Positions 50,195 through 61,391 of a stretch of 64,000 nt of DNA are shown one piece after another (within the stretch, counting starts at the first letter, position 1; each line of letters begins with the position of its first letter). The notes beneath the pieces are model-generated. The model was not told where the DNA came from and did not search any database. It was given only the letters and a program-made list of their open reading frames with translations. Where the stretch lies: positions 1,354,390 to 1,418,389 of the forward strand of contig NMRA01000025.1 of the NCBI GenBank assembly GCA_002633005.1, written 5' to 3'. Both the position numbers and the translations under genes were made by a program. This stretch comes from Phoronis australis. Its lineage: Eukaryota; Animalia; Phoronida.

Positions 50195-51807
50195 AAATTA
50201 CGACAGTTTGGGCTTAGAGGGTCTCAACAAACTGTCACAGTTTGAAGATTGTGACAGTGTTAGGATTTGTGATAGTTTGTGGTCTAACAATGCTCTATGA
50301 GACCGCTTAAAGTGGCATGGACCGCGAAAACTCGTGAAAAATACGTTTTAAACGATCCCTAACCAAAGTACCTTCCTTCAACCTTTACTAAAAACTTATT
50401 CAGTTCCCCCTGAGAAGGAATTTCCAGAAAAAATGACCCAATTCATGGTTTTTGAAAGAAGTACGAAGAAAAGCTTGTATGGTAACCACCTATACCTGCC
50501 TATCTTCCTTTCACTTATTATAAATGCGCGCATGCGCACAGTCATTCGACAAACGAACAGCTGATTCAGTGTCAAGAGTGTTGTCGGAGTGAATACTTTG
50601 CCACCCATTGCTTTATACCTCGTGCCGTGTATTTTGTGCCTACCTCTACGATTCTTCATGATTGGACCATTACTTGAGATTTGATCATGCTGATCTGCAG
50701 TGGACTATTATTCATTTACATGTACACTATGTGTCAGAGAACGGTGTTGCGCTAATAATCACTGACGCAGTTTTGCAAGACAATACGAGACAATATGTCG
50801 GTCAGTGGAAAGCTGGGCAAGAAAATGGGGCGTTCGTCTAAGCTAACCGACTCAGTTAGAAAGAAAAAAAGGCAAGTCTTGCAGATGAAAGTTAATAAAC
50901 GACGCATTTATCTGGGTACGGAGCACTGCCGCTGGGAATCTCTAACAGAAGTGAGCTATCCGTCACTAATTCCGAGCTGGCCAAACGATAGCTTTGTCAT
51001 GCGTACGGTAAGTACTTGTTCGGTCCTGCATACTTCGGTAGTTACCGGGACATTGCACGGCCCCAGCTTATTAAAATCACCTCGATCTAATAAAGTAATG
51101 GTCCGAGAACTCACTGAGAAAGTGAAGAGTGTGAAAGTTAAACTGTCAGACATAAAATTCACCGAGTTGCATTGTCTGTTGACATTTAGCTAAGCGGCTA
51201 AGCCTATACTTGTGGCTAAACCTATGACCTACTTATATTGACGACTTGTTGTTTGCAGTTGATAATTCTTGAAACACTAAGAGAAATTGCAAAGCATTAT
51301 TACTTTGAGATAGTACCACCGTCTCAACTGACTGTAGTAGAGATGGCAGTTGTCCAATAGGCCCTCCACCAGTTGGAAGTTTTTTGGCGAATTGTGCCAC
51401 ATTGATTAAACCATCGAAGTCCTGTTGCTGCAACGAACTTTTGCAGATAAGAGGATACCTTAGGGGAATGGTAATGTCTTAAACTCTTCCCAGCTCGGTC
51501 AAATACGAACGAGCATTAGGAGTCGATTTTCTGTCCTTCGTTACGGTAACAAAATCATGGACTGACCATAAAATTTCGGGAAACTGGCCCAATTCTGTAT
51601 TGATTGAATCGTTGCTGTAGTGTTTTGAAATCACATTGAGATCGACCTCCATGACGGATTAAATCAATCATTAAAGCACTACACTGGTGATCACCAGAGT
51701 GTGCTAGTGCTTGAAACTTGGCCGCAAGGATTGTGCCACTCATACCTGTGCAAAATGATATTGTAGATGAACAAAGAAACGAATCAGATAGAAATCTTGA
51801 TTACCAA

Positions 51808-51945
51808 AGTATTTATTCAAGTTGGAAGGAATTAAAGACATCGACAGCCTCCTAAGGTGACCATGTCTATGTTATAAAGGTACTTAAGGCAGCATGACTT
51901 TGATGGTTTAGTTTGTGCAAGGTACGAGTTGCCAAAAGGCTTCTT
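51808..51945. mobile_element. Diverged fragment of the 44970-46770 MULE-like TIR
   Basis: agttggaaggaattaaagacatcgacagcctcctaagg...tgactttgatggtttagt matches the TIR at 45660-45790. Confidence 0.7.
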
Positions 51946-53498
51946 GCTGCCCCTGGAACCCCCTGTGCTACCAGTTATGGCCCAATTCAGACAGCAATTC
52001 TGTTTTAGTGGCAAGCTGTGCATTTTGCCAGATTGAGTACTTGCAAAGTAGGAACAAAGTCATGTCTCATGGATTTGTAGCCTTGTTATCTTGTTGTACC
52101 TTATTTGCAGACCTATGTGTATTGACATTAAGTGGTATTATAATCAGAGATCAAGAGGCCTACCTTCTTCAAAGATATTATGCGAGATTTGGAAGAAAAT
52201 CCACTGCTAAAACCCCATTAATCAAAATTTCGCTGCCCTACAAAGGTTAACAAAGTAAAAGGCTAAGCACAAATGTTCGTTGATCAATTTTCAAAATTCA
52301 AAAATACATTAACTGAGGATAATTTTTGGTAACAAATTCCAATTCGCAACAAGAAATTTAGTAATGAATTGCACTCGCATTTTTTGTGATGGTTATTCAT
52401 TTAGTTTGGTTGTTATTATGGCGGCGAATTGTACCACCTGTATGCTTGGACATCTGTACCTGTAGTTAATAACTAGGTTATTGTAATTTCATTTTTGCAC
52501 TGTAGGTATGAAGTGGCACAAAGTGAAAGATTTTCAACAATGTCTAGACAAGTGTCCACAGAGTCAGAACCTAAAGCCGTATCAGCAACACCTGCAACTC
52601 CCCAGTTTGTTCAAAGGTATTCTAGAAATTATTTTTTCAGTGAAAGCATATTGTCTACATCTTCACCTACTAGTATTTGTGTCTACGACGAGGGTTACTA
52701 ATTTATATCAAATCATTCCAGCTTGCCATTGTTAGAAATATTACTGAGCTTGCACTCATTAAGCCTTGGGATGTCAAGAGTGAAAATGTAAAAGCCGTAG
52801 TCTTATTTGACCATGTCTCTCACAATTATGAGCTTCTAAACTGTACCAATTGAAATATCCCTGTTTAACGAGAACAAGGCAATCAAACATGCAAACTTCG
52901 ATTCATATGTACTAACCATTATTCATAATAACAGTTGAATCGTAGATACAAACCATATCAAATGTATGAACAAAAATTCATGCATGTAAACCAACTTGAA
53001 AGAAACAGATAAAACAAAAAACAGGGGTATGAAGTAATATCACATAATTACGTAAGCATTTTCTAGTGATGGTGGTCATCATTCGTTTTCCCAAGGAGTC
53101 TAGCACTAAGCAAAATGGCAACATAAAATGTATCTGTAGAAGAACTATGTTCTTACATGTTATTTGTATATCTGATTAGTTATTTTGTGTGCATGACTGT
53201 CCGTCTGTACACATCATGCTGTGGTTCGTATGTATAAATGAAGCGTTCTTCCAAATGATGCAGTGTTTTGTGCATATGACTCAAAGTCTGTACGTATGAC
53301 TGCCTGGCACCCTCAATTAGTTGCTGACAAATGTTGAACTGGTGGTAACTTTCTTTATCACCTAAATGTGATTATGGCAATGGTATGTTTTCAGTGGGCT
53401 TGAGCTTTCTGGAATCGATGCAATTGATTCTGTCTGTGACAACGAAGCCTTGATGTTTGTATCCAGGCCATTCATTACAAAGGTGATTTGAAAGTACT

Positions 53499-53724
53499 GG
53501 AGTCTGTTCCAAGAAATTGACAAGATCATTTTTGACTTAAGTCTGAGATTTGTCTTTAACTTCCAAACTTTGAAACTTCCAATTTTGGTAAGTTAAGACA
53601 AAACTTATGTCAAACACTTTCTTGGATTTCTTGAATTGGTTTTGAGACAAATTTAACTTTATTTTAAAATTTACTAAAAGTTGAAAATTGTCTTAGCTAA
53701 GTCTGTTCTGTTGGAACAGGCCCC
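53499..53724. mobile_element. Small Harbinger-like MITE nested in the Kolobok-like element
   Basis: GGAGTCTGTTCCAA / TTGGAACAGGCCCC inverted ends. Confidence 0.5.
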
Positions 53725-54711
53725 TGATCTTTAAAATTTGAGAGAACTAGTCAGTGCTCATGAATTATCTTGACAACAAACTATTTAGTGTTCTAACTGA
53801 TGATTGAATTGTGAAATATTTTGTGCATATATTTTGCATGGTGTATTCCAATAAAATGGATTTTTCTACATGTCTGGTATGGTCAGGATTGGTGTGCACA
53901 GGTTTCTCTTCTAAGCATTGACTGAATTTTGCATACTCTGTTTACATGCACTGTATATATTTGTGATTTGCAAAGATGTAACTAAAACTAAATACATCAA
54001 AAAGGAGATGGGCAGCAGTTTTGGTGACCCTTTTGACTAAACACCACCTATTAGGTATGGTTTTATAGGTCATCCTGCAACTAATCTTGTCATATTTGTG
54101 TTTTTAATGTGACACATTGGTATTCCTAACTTATTCGAATATAGTGTGGGTAGAGTTGAATTCACTGATTGCATTTGCACAAACATGTCTTTGCACCGAA
54201 TTAGACATTTTTCTTTTTTGAAGTTGATTGCTGTATAATTTAAAAGTTTATATTCAAAGGCAACATTGGGATTTTGAGGAGTTTTTATCAGTAGCATAGA
54301 CAATCCATGAAATTTGTGACATCAAGTCATACATGTAAGTGTGTGTTCTGGATAGAATTTCCTAAATCTGTTTTCTGAGTTCTAAATATAGAGACCATGC
54401 GGTACATGGATTGCTTTTTTATCATAACTTAATCGTGGTAAGGCGATATGTGGTGAAATCCAATAAATACAGACTGACCAATGCTTTAAAATAGAAACAC
54501 TCGAACATTTTTGACTCTCTATATTACAGGCTATTGATTGATGTTTCTGAGGACCTAGCATGCGATGACCTGGACGATAACTGTAAGTGCAACATAACCA
54601 TTGTGTACACATTTGAATTATGAGTTATCCAATTTTTAATAAAAATACATCATTATTGTACAGTGCTGACAATGTTAATGTATTTATTGAAATATATCTT
54701 CTACTGACGAT

Positions 54712-54860
54712 TGGTCATAATAGCTCAGTGCATGGACAGCAATGAATCTCAGGTTGGAAGCCCTGACAGGACAGAAATCCTTTCACAGTACTAACCATTA
54801 GGTCTTGCAAAGTGACTAAAGAAGGCATCGTAAGGCGTCATCAAACGCTATATGTATAAA
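54712..54860 (+). mobile_element. Degenerate tRNA-derived SINE-like relic
   Basis: A-box-like TAGCTCAGT and a degenerate B box GGTTGGAAGCC. Confidence 0.35.
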
Positions 54861-55239
54861 ACATTTGAATTCTGAACGAACTGTATTTAACTGTTCTCCA
54901 GTGCACATAATGCGAGCCCTGTTACTTAGTAGTTCTTCAAATGCGTTACGGGAGCTAGGTGTTGTGTCGTTTTTGAAATTCTAAAGGGCAAGATCATCAC
55001 GCTTTCTCTTGTTGCAGTCCAGAAAGTATCCTTGATGATGTGGATATTAGCGATGTTGGATTTGGAGATGAAGAGTTTGGTGGGGAGGAAGTTGCAGGAG
55101 ATAGCATCAATATGTACCGCTATGGAGACTATGATGACATGTTGTCTACAGGTTTCAGTGGTGTCCACAGAATTCATGATGCAGCTGGTGCACACTCAGC
55201 CGTGGACGATAGCAAATTTATTGTTTTTATGACACCCTC

Positions 55240-58153
55240 CTTTCCCTTTCAAATCTCATCAGCGTGTCTTGCAAAGAATGAGTGATGTTCGGATTTCTTC
55301 TGTTAAAGGTTCAACACTCTCTTTCTACCTTCTTCTCCGAAAGGTGTCGCACTTGCTCATTTGGTCATTGCATTTACTCTTCTCTGAAAATTAGGAGATT
55401 TTTCACTAATTATGGAAAGGAGATATTTATTCCATCTTGTATTCTTATAATTCACTTAGCTACAAGCTCAGCTCACTACTAGAAAAAACTGGAACTTTAT
55501 TCAAAAGTTGATGTCACATCTTATTTTGCATCATTAGACAAATGATAACCACATGAAAATCTGTGTAAAATGTAATGGCTCCTTATTTCTTCAAGATGTA
55601 AAATGACATAGAAGGTTAAATATTGGATATTCTATATATTTACAAGTCATAAACTATTCTCTGAACTAGAATTTTTGAGTTGTTTTTTCATGTGTTTGTT
55701 ATTCATGATAAAGTACCTGTATGTCATCTTGATAAGATGCATAACCTTGCAGACCACGATGAGCTGGGGTCACTGAAGCTGGACCTAGGGTAGCTGTAGC
55801 AACTGACTTCCATTTCCTTCCTCTACCTCCTCTTACACTTTCACCTCTCCTTGTTTTCATGGCTCTCCCACATATCCTATGGAAATAAACAGGCCTTTTA
55901 AATTTCACATAGTATCAAAGTTCATGAAAGCCATGCCTAACATTGGGAGTAATTTCCAAACCAAAGCAAATGCTTCAAACAGGACTGGTAATGTGTGAAA
56001 AAATTCTGTTTCTGAGAGCATTCCATTAGTGAGTTCTCAGCCCCAGTCTGTTAGTCTAAGCTCTTTTCACGTTTTACCCCATGGTAAGGTGGGCGCAGGT
56101 TGTCACCGATCTGTTCTAATATTTTGATGCAATGGTAGACTGAACACTGGTTAGAGTTTATCACTTCATTAATCTTGACTGTATGCTCATATTAAGTCCA
56201 TTCAAACAAAACGTACAACGTAATGTCTGTTCTATGCTCAGCCAGTGCGACAAAGCCTTGACTTTCAGTACCTCCTACAATAATTGCTGGTGCAAGAACA
56301 TGCTACTTTTGACAGTTCTTTGTTCTCTAGCCACAGGTGAAGTGTTAGACAAGTTCTGTGCAATTGAAACTGTGCAACGGCTGATGTTGTAGCCAATGAA
56401 TAATGTTATGAACTATGAAAGTACCTAGATGTTCTATTATTTTCTCCTCTGGAATGATAATTAGATGCTCCATGGACAGTAGAAGTAAAATTATTTTCAA
56501 TTAATGTTGCTGCAATTTCTGATGTTTTTAGTGGGACAAATTTGCTGGAAGTGCGATTTATCATTCCATTTGTCCAAAGGTGTGTAGATTGATTCTGTCT
56601 TTTTATTTCTAAACACAGTTATGTTGCTCAAGTGGAATGACCTCTTATTTCGTGCAATATGTATCTTTGTATCCTTCCATGAGTCCACACATCATTGATG
56701 TTTCATTGTAGTCAGATGTAAAAGTGGAGGTCAGCTCAATAAAACAGAAGTTGATTGCAAACCACAGATTTGTGCAAATCCCTAAATTGCTAAGTGCTTG
56801 TAGTTATAGTCAGGGAAAATGTGTAACATACTTTGAAAAAAAGCAAAATTATTTGGATCATGATGATGCTCGATAAAATAAAACTTTTGAATGCTGTTGT
56901 GACTGAATGTTCATTATGATGCATATTGCAAACTATTACTGGGTGAACAATTAGGTCAATATATTTACCACCAGTCCTTGGAACATATGTGTCTGTGACT
57001 AATCATCATCACATCTTTCCATGTAATGACAGTGTAAATTATCAGATGACTGGAGTTAACAGCTTTTGAGATATTGGGAGATAAACTGTGTTTTAGGTTC
57101 AGAAAGATACCAAAATTTAGCATTAGAAAGTTAATCTTCCCAATTTTAAAGTTTTATTTAAAAATTCGCTGTGAAGCACCTTGTAATTGGTTAGAATTAC
57201 TGTAAATAACAGTGTGATTACTAAGGCATAATTTTAATATAATTACTAAGTTGGTCAAGTCATTGCACTTGGCCATTTGAACCCTAAAATGCATTGACTA
57301 CATGTACTTTGGGCCAACTGGGTGCATTTGGCCCCAGAATTCAAGAAAACCCTGGGCCAGAATTTTTGGGGGATTTTTTTGATCGGTAAACAAGAAAGTT
57401 CAATGAAGGTTTTCAGAGAAATTCAGATTACATTTTCTTCCACCACTAACAGCTGAGGATTTAGCTAACTGCACTTGCACTACTCGGCCACTTACTAAAC
57501 GGTGAATACGCCAGTGGCGAATCTAGGATACCACAAGGGGGGCCCAACATGACACCTCGGATCAGGGGCAAAGCTCGATTGTATGCACAGGTGGCTCTAA
57601 TGTCGTGGGGGTTGGCGATACGGACCTGGTGTTCTGGAATTCTACCGTTGGGCTCGATATTTTCTCACGCTTCATGCTGTTGCTGTGTAATTTTTGCTTC
57701 ATGCACCAGTCATGGGGGGGCCCTTGGCCTGTACGCAATCATCACGTAGTAACAATTAACAATCACCCGAAATACATTTTAGTTATAAATCTTATGTACA
57801 GTCACGATGCATTGAAATGTTTTTAGCAAAATGTTATTGTTCATGTTTACTATAGATTATACACAACATAGTCTACGATGTTGACCGTAGGCCGATCGGT
57901 GAGCCAGACTACTTTTCATTCATTAAACGATAAGACATGAATAGAACGTTTTCCGTTTGAAATGCACATAAATGAAATCGTGGGCAAAAAGTATATTAGA
58001 TCATACTTGGGAGAGCATAGAAACCAAATAAATCGATAACTTACTTCAGAAATGGGACTTCTTTGAGTCAATCGAGGTGTCGATGTGCTTTCGAAACCAG
58101 CCATCACTGTTTTGCTTTCGGCGACCTTTCACCTCTCTGAGGTCATCAGCCAT
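55240..58153 (-). pseudogene. Decayed convergent second gene of the Kolobok-like element (exon relics ~58045-58153, 55717-55876, ~55240-55383)
   Basis: One clean exon ccatag|GATATG...ATACAG|gtactt encodes an RGG-rich peptide (KTRRGESVRGGRGRKW) and joins in phase to ttttcag|RRVNAMT. It is truncated where it meets the + strand relic. Its identity (KolX accessory protein) is inferred only from position. Confidence 0.3.
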
Positions 58154-59103
58154 TTCCAAATAAGGCACCGCAATGCATTTTGGGACTGTAATGTCGGACT
58201 TGACGAGCACGAAGGCGTGTCTTTTTGGTCAACTTTCAAACGTAAAGAAAAATACTTCAAACTCATCTAAAACTCACTATATTTACGAAACCTTCAAAAA
58301 AACTTGTACGCCACGGTATGATACAGGTTTCATGCAAGATGAGTAACATTTACTTTCTTATTTTATACTATTTTTCACGTTCCAAGCCACTTTAAATCTC
58401 TGGAAGTCAGTGACAGATGATCACCACAACAAGAAGCACACCTATCGTCGTGTCTTACAGCTTACTTCTATGGCTTACAATATCTTACTTTGCTTTTAAA
58501 GTCGGCCCCACCTTTAAGGTAAAGTCATTCGGGATTAATTCGTCCTTCCACAACAACCGACCGGCAGTTACGGATACACTAACAAGGCGGTCGTGAGAAG
58601 CGACGGTAGGCGGACATTGGATGACGCACAACAAACAAAATATCACAACATCACAGTTGTGTTTTACCCAAAACGCACACTCAGTACGATAAATTATCCC
58701 ATGTAATGATGTTCGTGACTTTGCTAGCCCCTCCGTCATGTAAAAATAGAAAACTTTAAAAACAGTTACTAATAATGTTTTGAAGAGCAGTGCATAACTA
58801 TCTGAAGTTTTCATAATGAATCCGCCATTTCTTAGACATGATGTTCCAAAGTTTGCCAAATTCGGCCATTTTTCGAGGGGTCTAAAAAATCTTAAAGCTG
58901 CACTTCGTCCTTTATAGGTCGCTGAAAACGACAATTGAATTAGGCCTTTTATTTTCACAAAATAAGCCAGAACTTTCTCTTGGCCGTGACAGTGTTCGTT
59001 TTTTGTAATGAAGAACATCAGTAAAACCCTCAACAGGTCGCGGGAAAATCGTGGACCATAAGGATAGGCAAGTTTCTTCGTATATAAGGTAAGTTGTTAT
59101 ATT

Positions 59104-59246
59104 TTGGCGCACCGTAGTGGGATGGGGGGCTATAGCCCACCCGGCCAACTTTTTTCAGTGCTGCGCCGTCCATGGTCTATAAGCGGTGCACCACAGCGTG
59201 GTTGGGGCTTTAGCCCACCACTGTTTTCAGTGCTGCGCTGTCCATG
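59104..59246 (+). mobile_element. Dimeric MITE family, copy 3
   Basis: Same two-subunit structure. Confidence 0.65.
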
Positions 59247-60660
59247 AAGAGGTGAGTCACTGTCAAAATCAATAAAATATTGATGGCTTGAAAACCACTC
59301 CAATAAACTTGACTTACCGTTCCTATACAGTACCCTACTTAAAAGACCTAAAAGACATAAATTATCTCCCTTATCGAATAAAGAACTATTGATAGCAGCT
59401 ACTAAAATTTCATGAACGTACTACTTAAAAAAATAAAGCACATTTCCGCATTTGGCGCGTTTTGAGCTAACGCATTTTTAATAATTATCTCTCGATTTGC
59501 AGTTATATAAGGCAAAATGTAATATAATTTCTAATTCTTTCACACAAAATGACAGCCGTGTTCGTTTCTCTTATGACAAGTAGTTTCTGGGTCTTCAAAA
59601 AAGAACTGACATTTCGGTATCCCTGAAGACCATACATTCGGTGCATATAAGTGACACGTACGTCGTGAAGAGCCATCTAGCAGAAGCTGATCTCAAGCAA
59701 ACGAAATGTCAGATTTTTCGAAGCCAAGAAATCACATCCAATTTGAATTCTAGGCCAATTTCATAACAATAAGTTTTCAAAATCATAAGTTCGCTTTTGT
59801 GACGGAAGGCTGGTTTATAACAGCTTCAGTTACAATATGCGTATCACTATAAAAGCCTACCCTTTCCTGTCATTGTCTGACTTTACTAACCAATAATAGT
59901 GAGAAAGACAAAGCACACATTGTTGTTGTATAGTTCATTTGTGCGAACATGTGCGTTTGAGTAAACTAAAACACCCAGCGTTCCTGAAAATAAGGCCGTA
60001 GCCTAATATTTAAATATAAAACTAGGGAAATTACTCGAATATAAGTCACTATCTTACAATCTTCAGTGCAGGAATTTACCACAAGCACTCGAGCTGTTGG
60101 AGGGCCAAATTGAACACTACAAGGGTCACTTTTTAAAGATATGGTGGCCAACAAACATTTAATTAGGACACGTCTATAAACCGTGTTTCACTTTACCAAT
60201 AGGGTGACTCCTAGGTCTGCATGCGCTCAGTACCATTTTGATCATTATATACTTGCCTTCATATATGTGAATAAAACATCAAAAATGGATCACTGAAATT
60301 TTCGGATATAATGAGATCCTTCGTCAGCCTCAAGTTAAAACGCAAAGCTATTGGAATACAAAACGTTTGTAAAAAGACTCATCTTTATACGGCTGGAAGT
60401 TTTCGTTCGGATACACGTCAATACAATTGTTCACTCGAGCACAAAAATAATTTCCAAATTATCATTCCGCAGTTTAATACCCATGCTTCAAATTATATAG
60501 ACATCATCAAATGTTGTTTTGTGATACCTTCGCAATACAAACAAACAGCGAATAGCCGATTAAAACCTCTTTATATTTTTGCTAGAGATATTGCTGTTAA
60601 ATATTAGGCAAACTGATGTAAAAAGAAAGGTACACTCTTTAATGTACGCCTGGACAATAC

Positions 60661-61391
60661 GTTCACTTTCACGTGACATCAATAACGAAAGGAAGACTTC
60701 TCCTTGGCAACCATCCAGCATAAAGCGAGTTCTTGCGCTAGTCGTGAGGTGGCGCTTTCGTATTTGCAATGGTTTTTCCCACGCAGTTTCCTTTTATCGC
60801 CGCCAATGATCAATAGACATTGAGATTTCCTCCAATAACAATGGACAGGGCTACTAAAAACTGGGAATTTCCATGAACATACTAAAGATTTTCTTTACTT
60901 GAGTCTTCGGGTTAGATGAAAATATGGACTGTAAGTGTGACGTTGGGTACACCAAGGATCTCGCGCTGCGAATCCTCGTTCTTGTTTCCTTCCACATCGT
61001 GACGGTAAGTACGCCTACTACCGGCAACAATTATCGCCTTGTAACATAAAGTATTCTAGTACTAGCCTAAATTGAAATCTCGGTAATTTTATCAGACGTT
61101 GAATGTTTTTGGGGTTATTTCTTCATTGACTTGGCATGCTTTCAACTGAAGGAAATATTGTACGATTGGGCCGACCCGCCGTTTCAGGAGGCGTACCTGG
61201 GGATTTCCAAATTTGATGAAAAAGTACGGGGATTTTGGAGAAATTTTTGTCAGTTTGGTGTCGCAAGTCGGATACTATTAATAGCAATATTACGCGGTTG
61301 GATTTTCCTTAAATGCAGTTTCCAGTCTTTGTTCAGAAACGGGCCAACCGACTGAGTGTAAAGTTTTAGGTAATTACCTTTGGGAAATTCA
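60661..61391. promoter_or_regulatory. Cluster of NF-kB-like and IRF-like motifs around TNFRSF exon 1
   Basis: GGGAATTTCC at 60863-60872 and GGGGATTTCC at 61199-61208 fit GGGRNWYYCC exactly. Near-matches are GGTTTTTCCC (60771-60780) and GGGAAATTCA (61382-61391). An IRF-E-like GTTCACTTTCAC lies at 60661-60672. Confidence 0.5.
60924..61004 (+). CDS. TNFRSF-like exon 1 (signal peptide)
   Basis: aatATGG start, 27 codons, ACG|gtaagt donor in phase with exon 2. Confidence 0.7.

Larger units (their letters stand above)
50795..55232 (+). pseudogene. Decayed 5' half of a Kolobok-type transposase gene (exon relics ~50795-51007, 52506-52616, 53395-53482, 54530-54582, 55018-~55232)
   Basis: The N-terminal RKKKR..KVNKRRIYLGTEHCRWESL/(frameshift)RSELSVTNSELAK resembles the R(I/V)xIG..(F)xRW..L......DxE(V/L)A motif I associate with these elements. 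The segments are bounded by AG/GT, and an acidic linker ends in SKFIVF. Frames do not all join, there are stops, and no DDE core is present. Confidence 0.5.
50311..58391 (+). mobile_element. Kolobok-like DNA transposon, 8.08 kb, decayed and internally deleted
   Basis: TTAA on both sides (50307-50310 and 58392-58395). The 20-bp TIRs AGTGGCATGGACCGCGAAAA and AGTGGCTTGGAACGTGAAAA (reverse complement) match at 17/20 and start with RR, as in Kolobok. Internal transposase-like coding relics are present. Confidence 0.75.

Noticed and set aside
50311-58391. KolobokP-type long terminal direct repeats, or a piggyBac assignment
   Set aside because: No direct repeat is visible between the two ends. The termini start with AG, not the CCY of piggyBac.
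58485-59033. 182-aa minus-strand ORF (also the 155-aa ORF at 15402-15869)
   Set aside because: It has a non-ATG start or a repeat context, no recognisable domain and no supporting splice structure.
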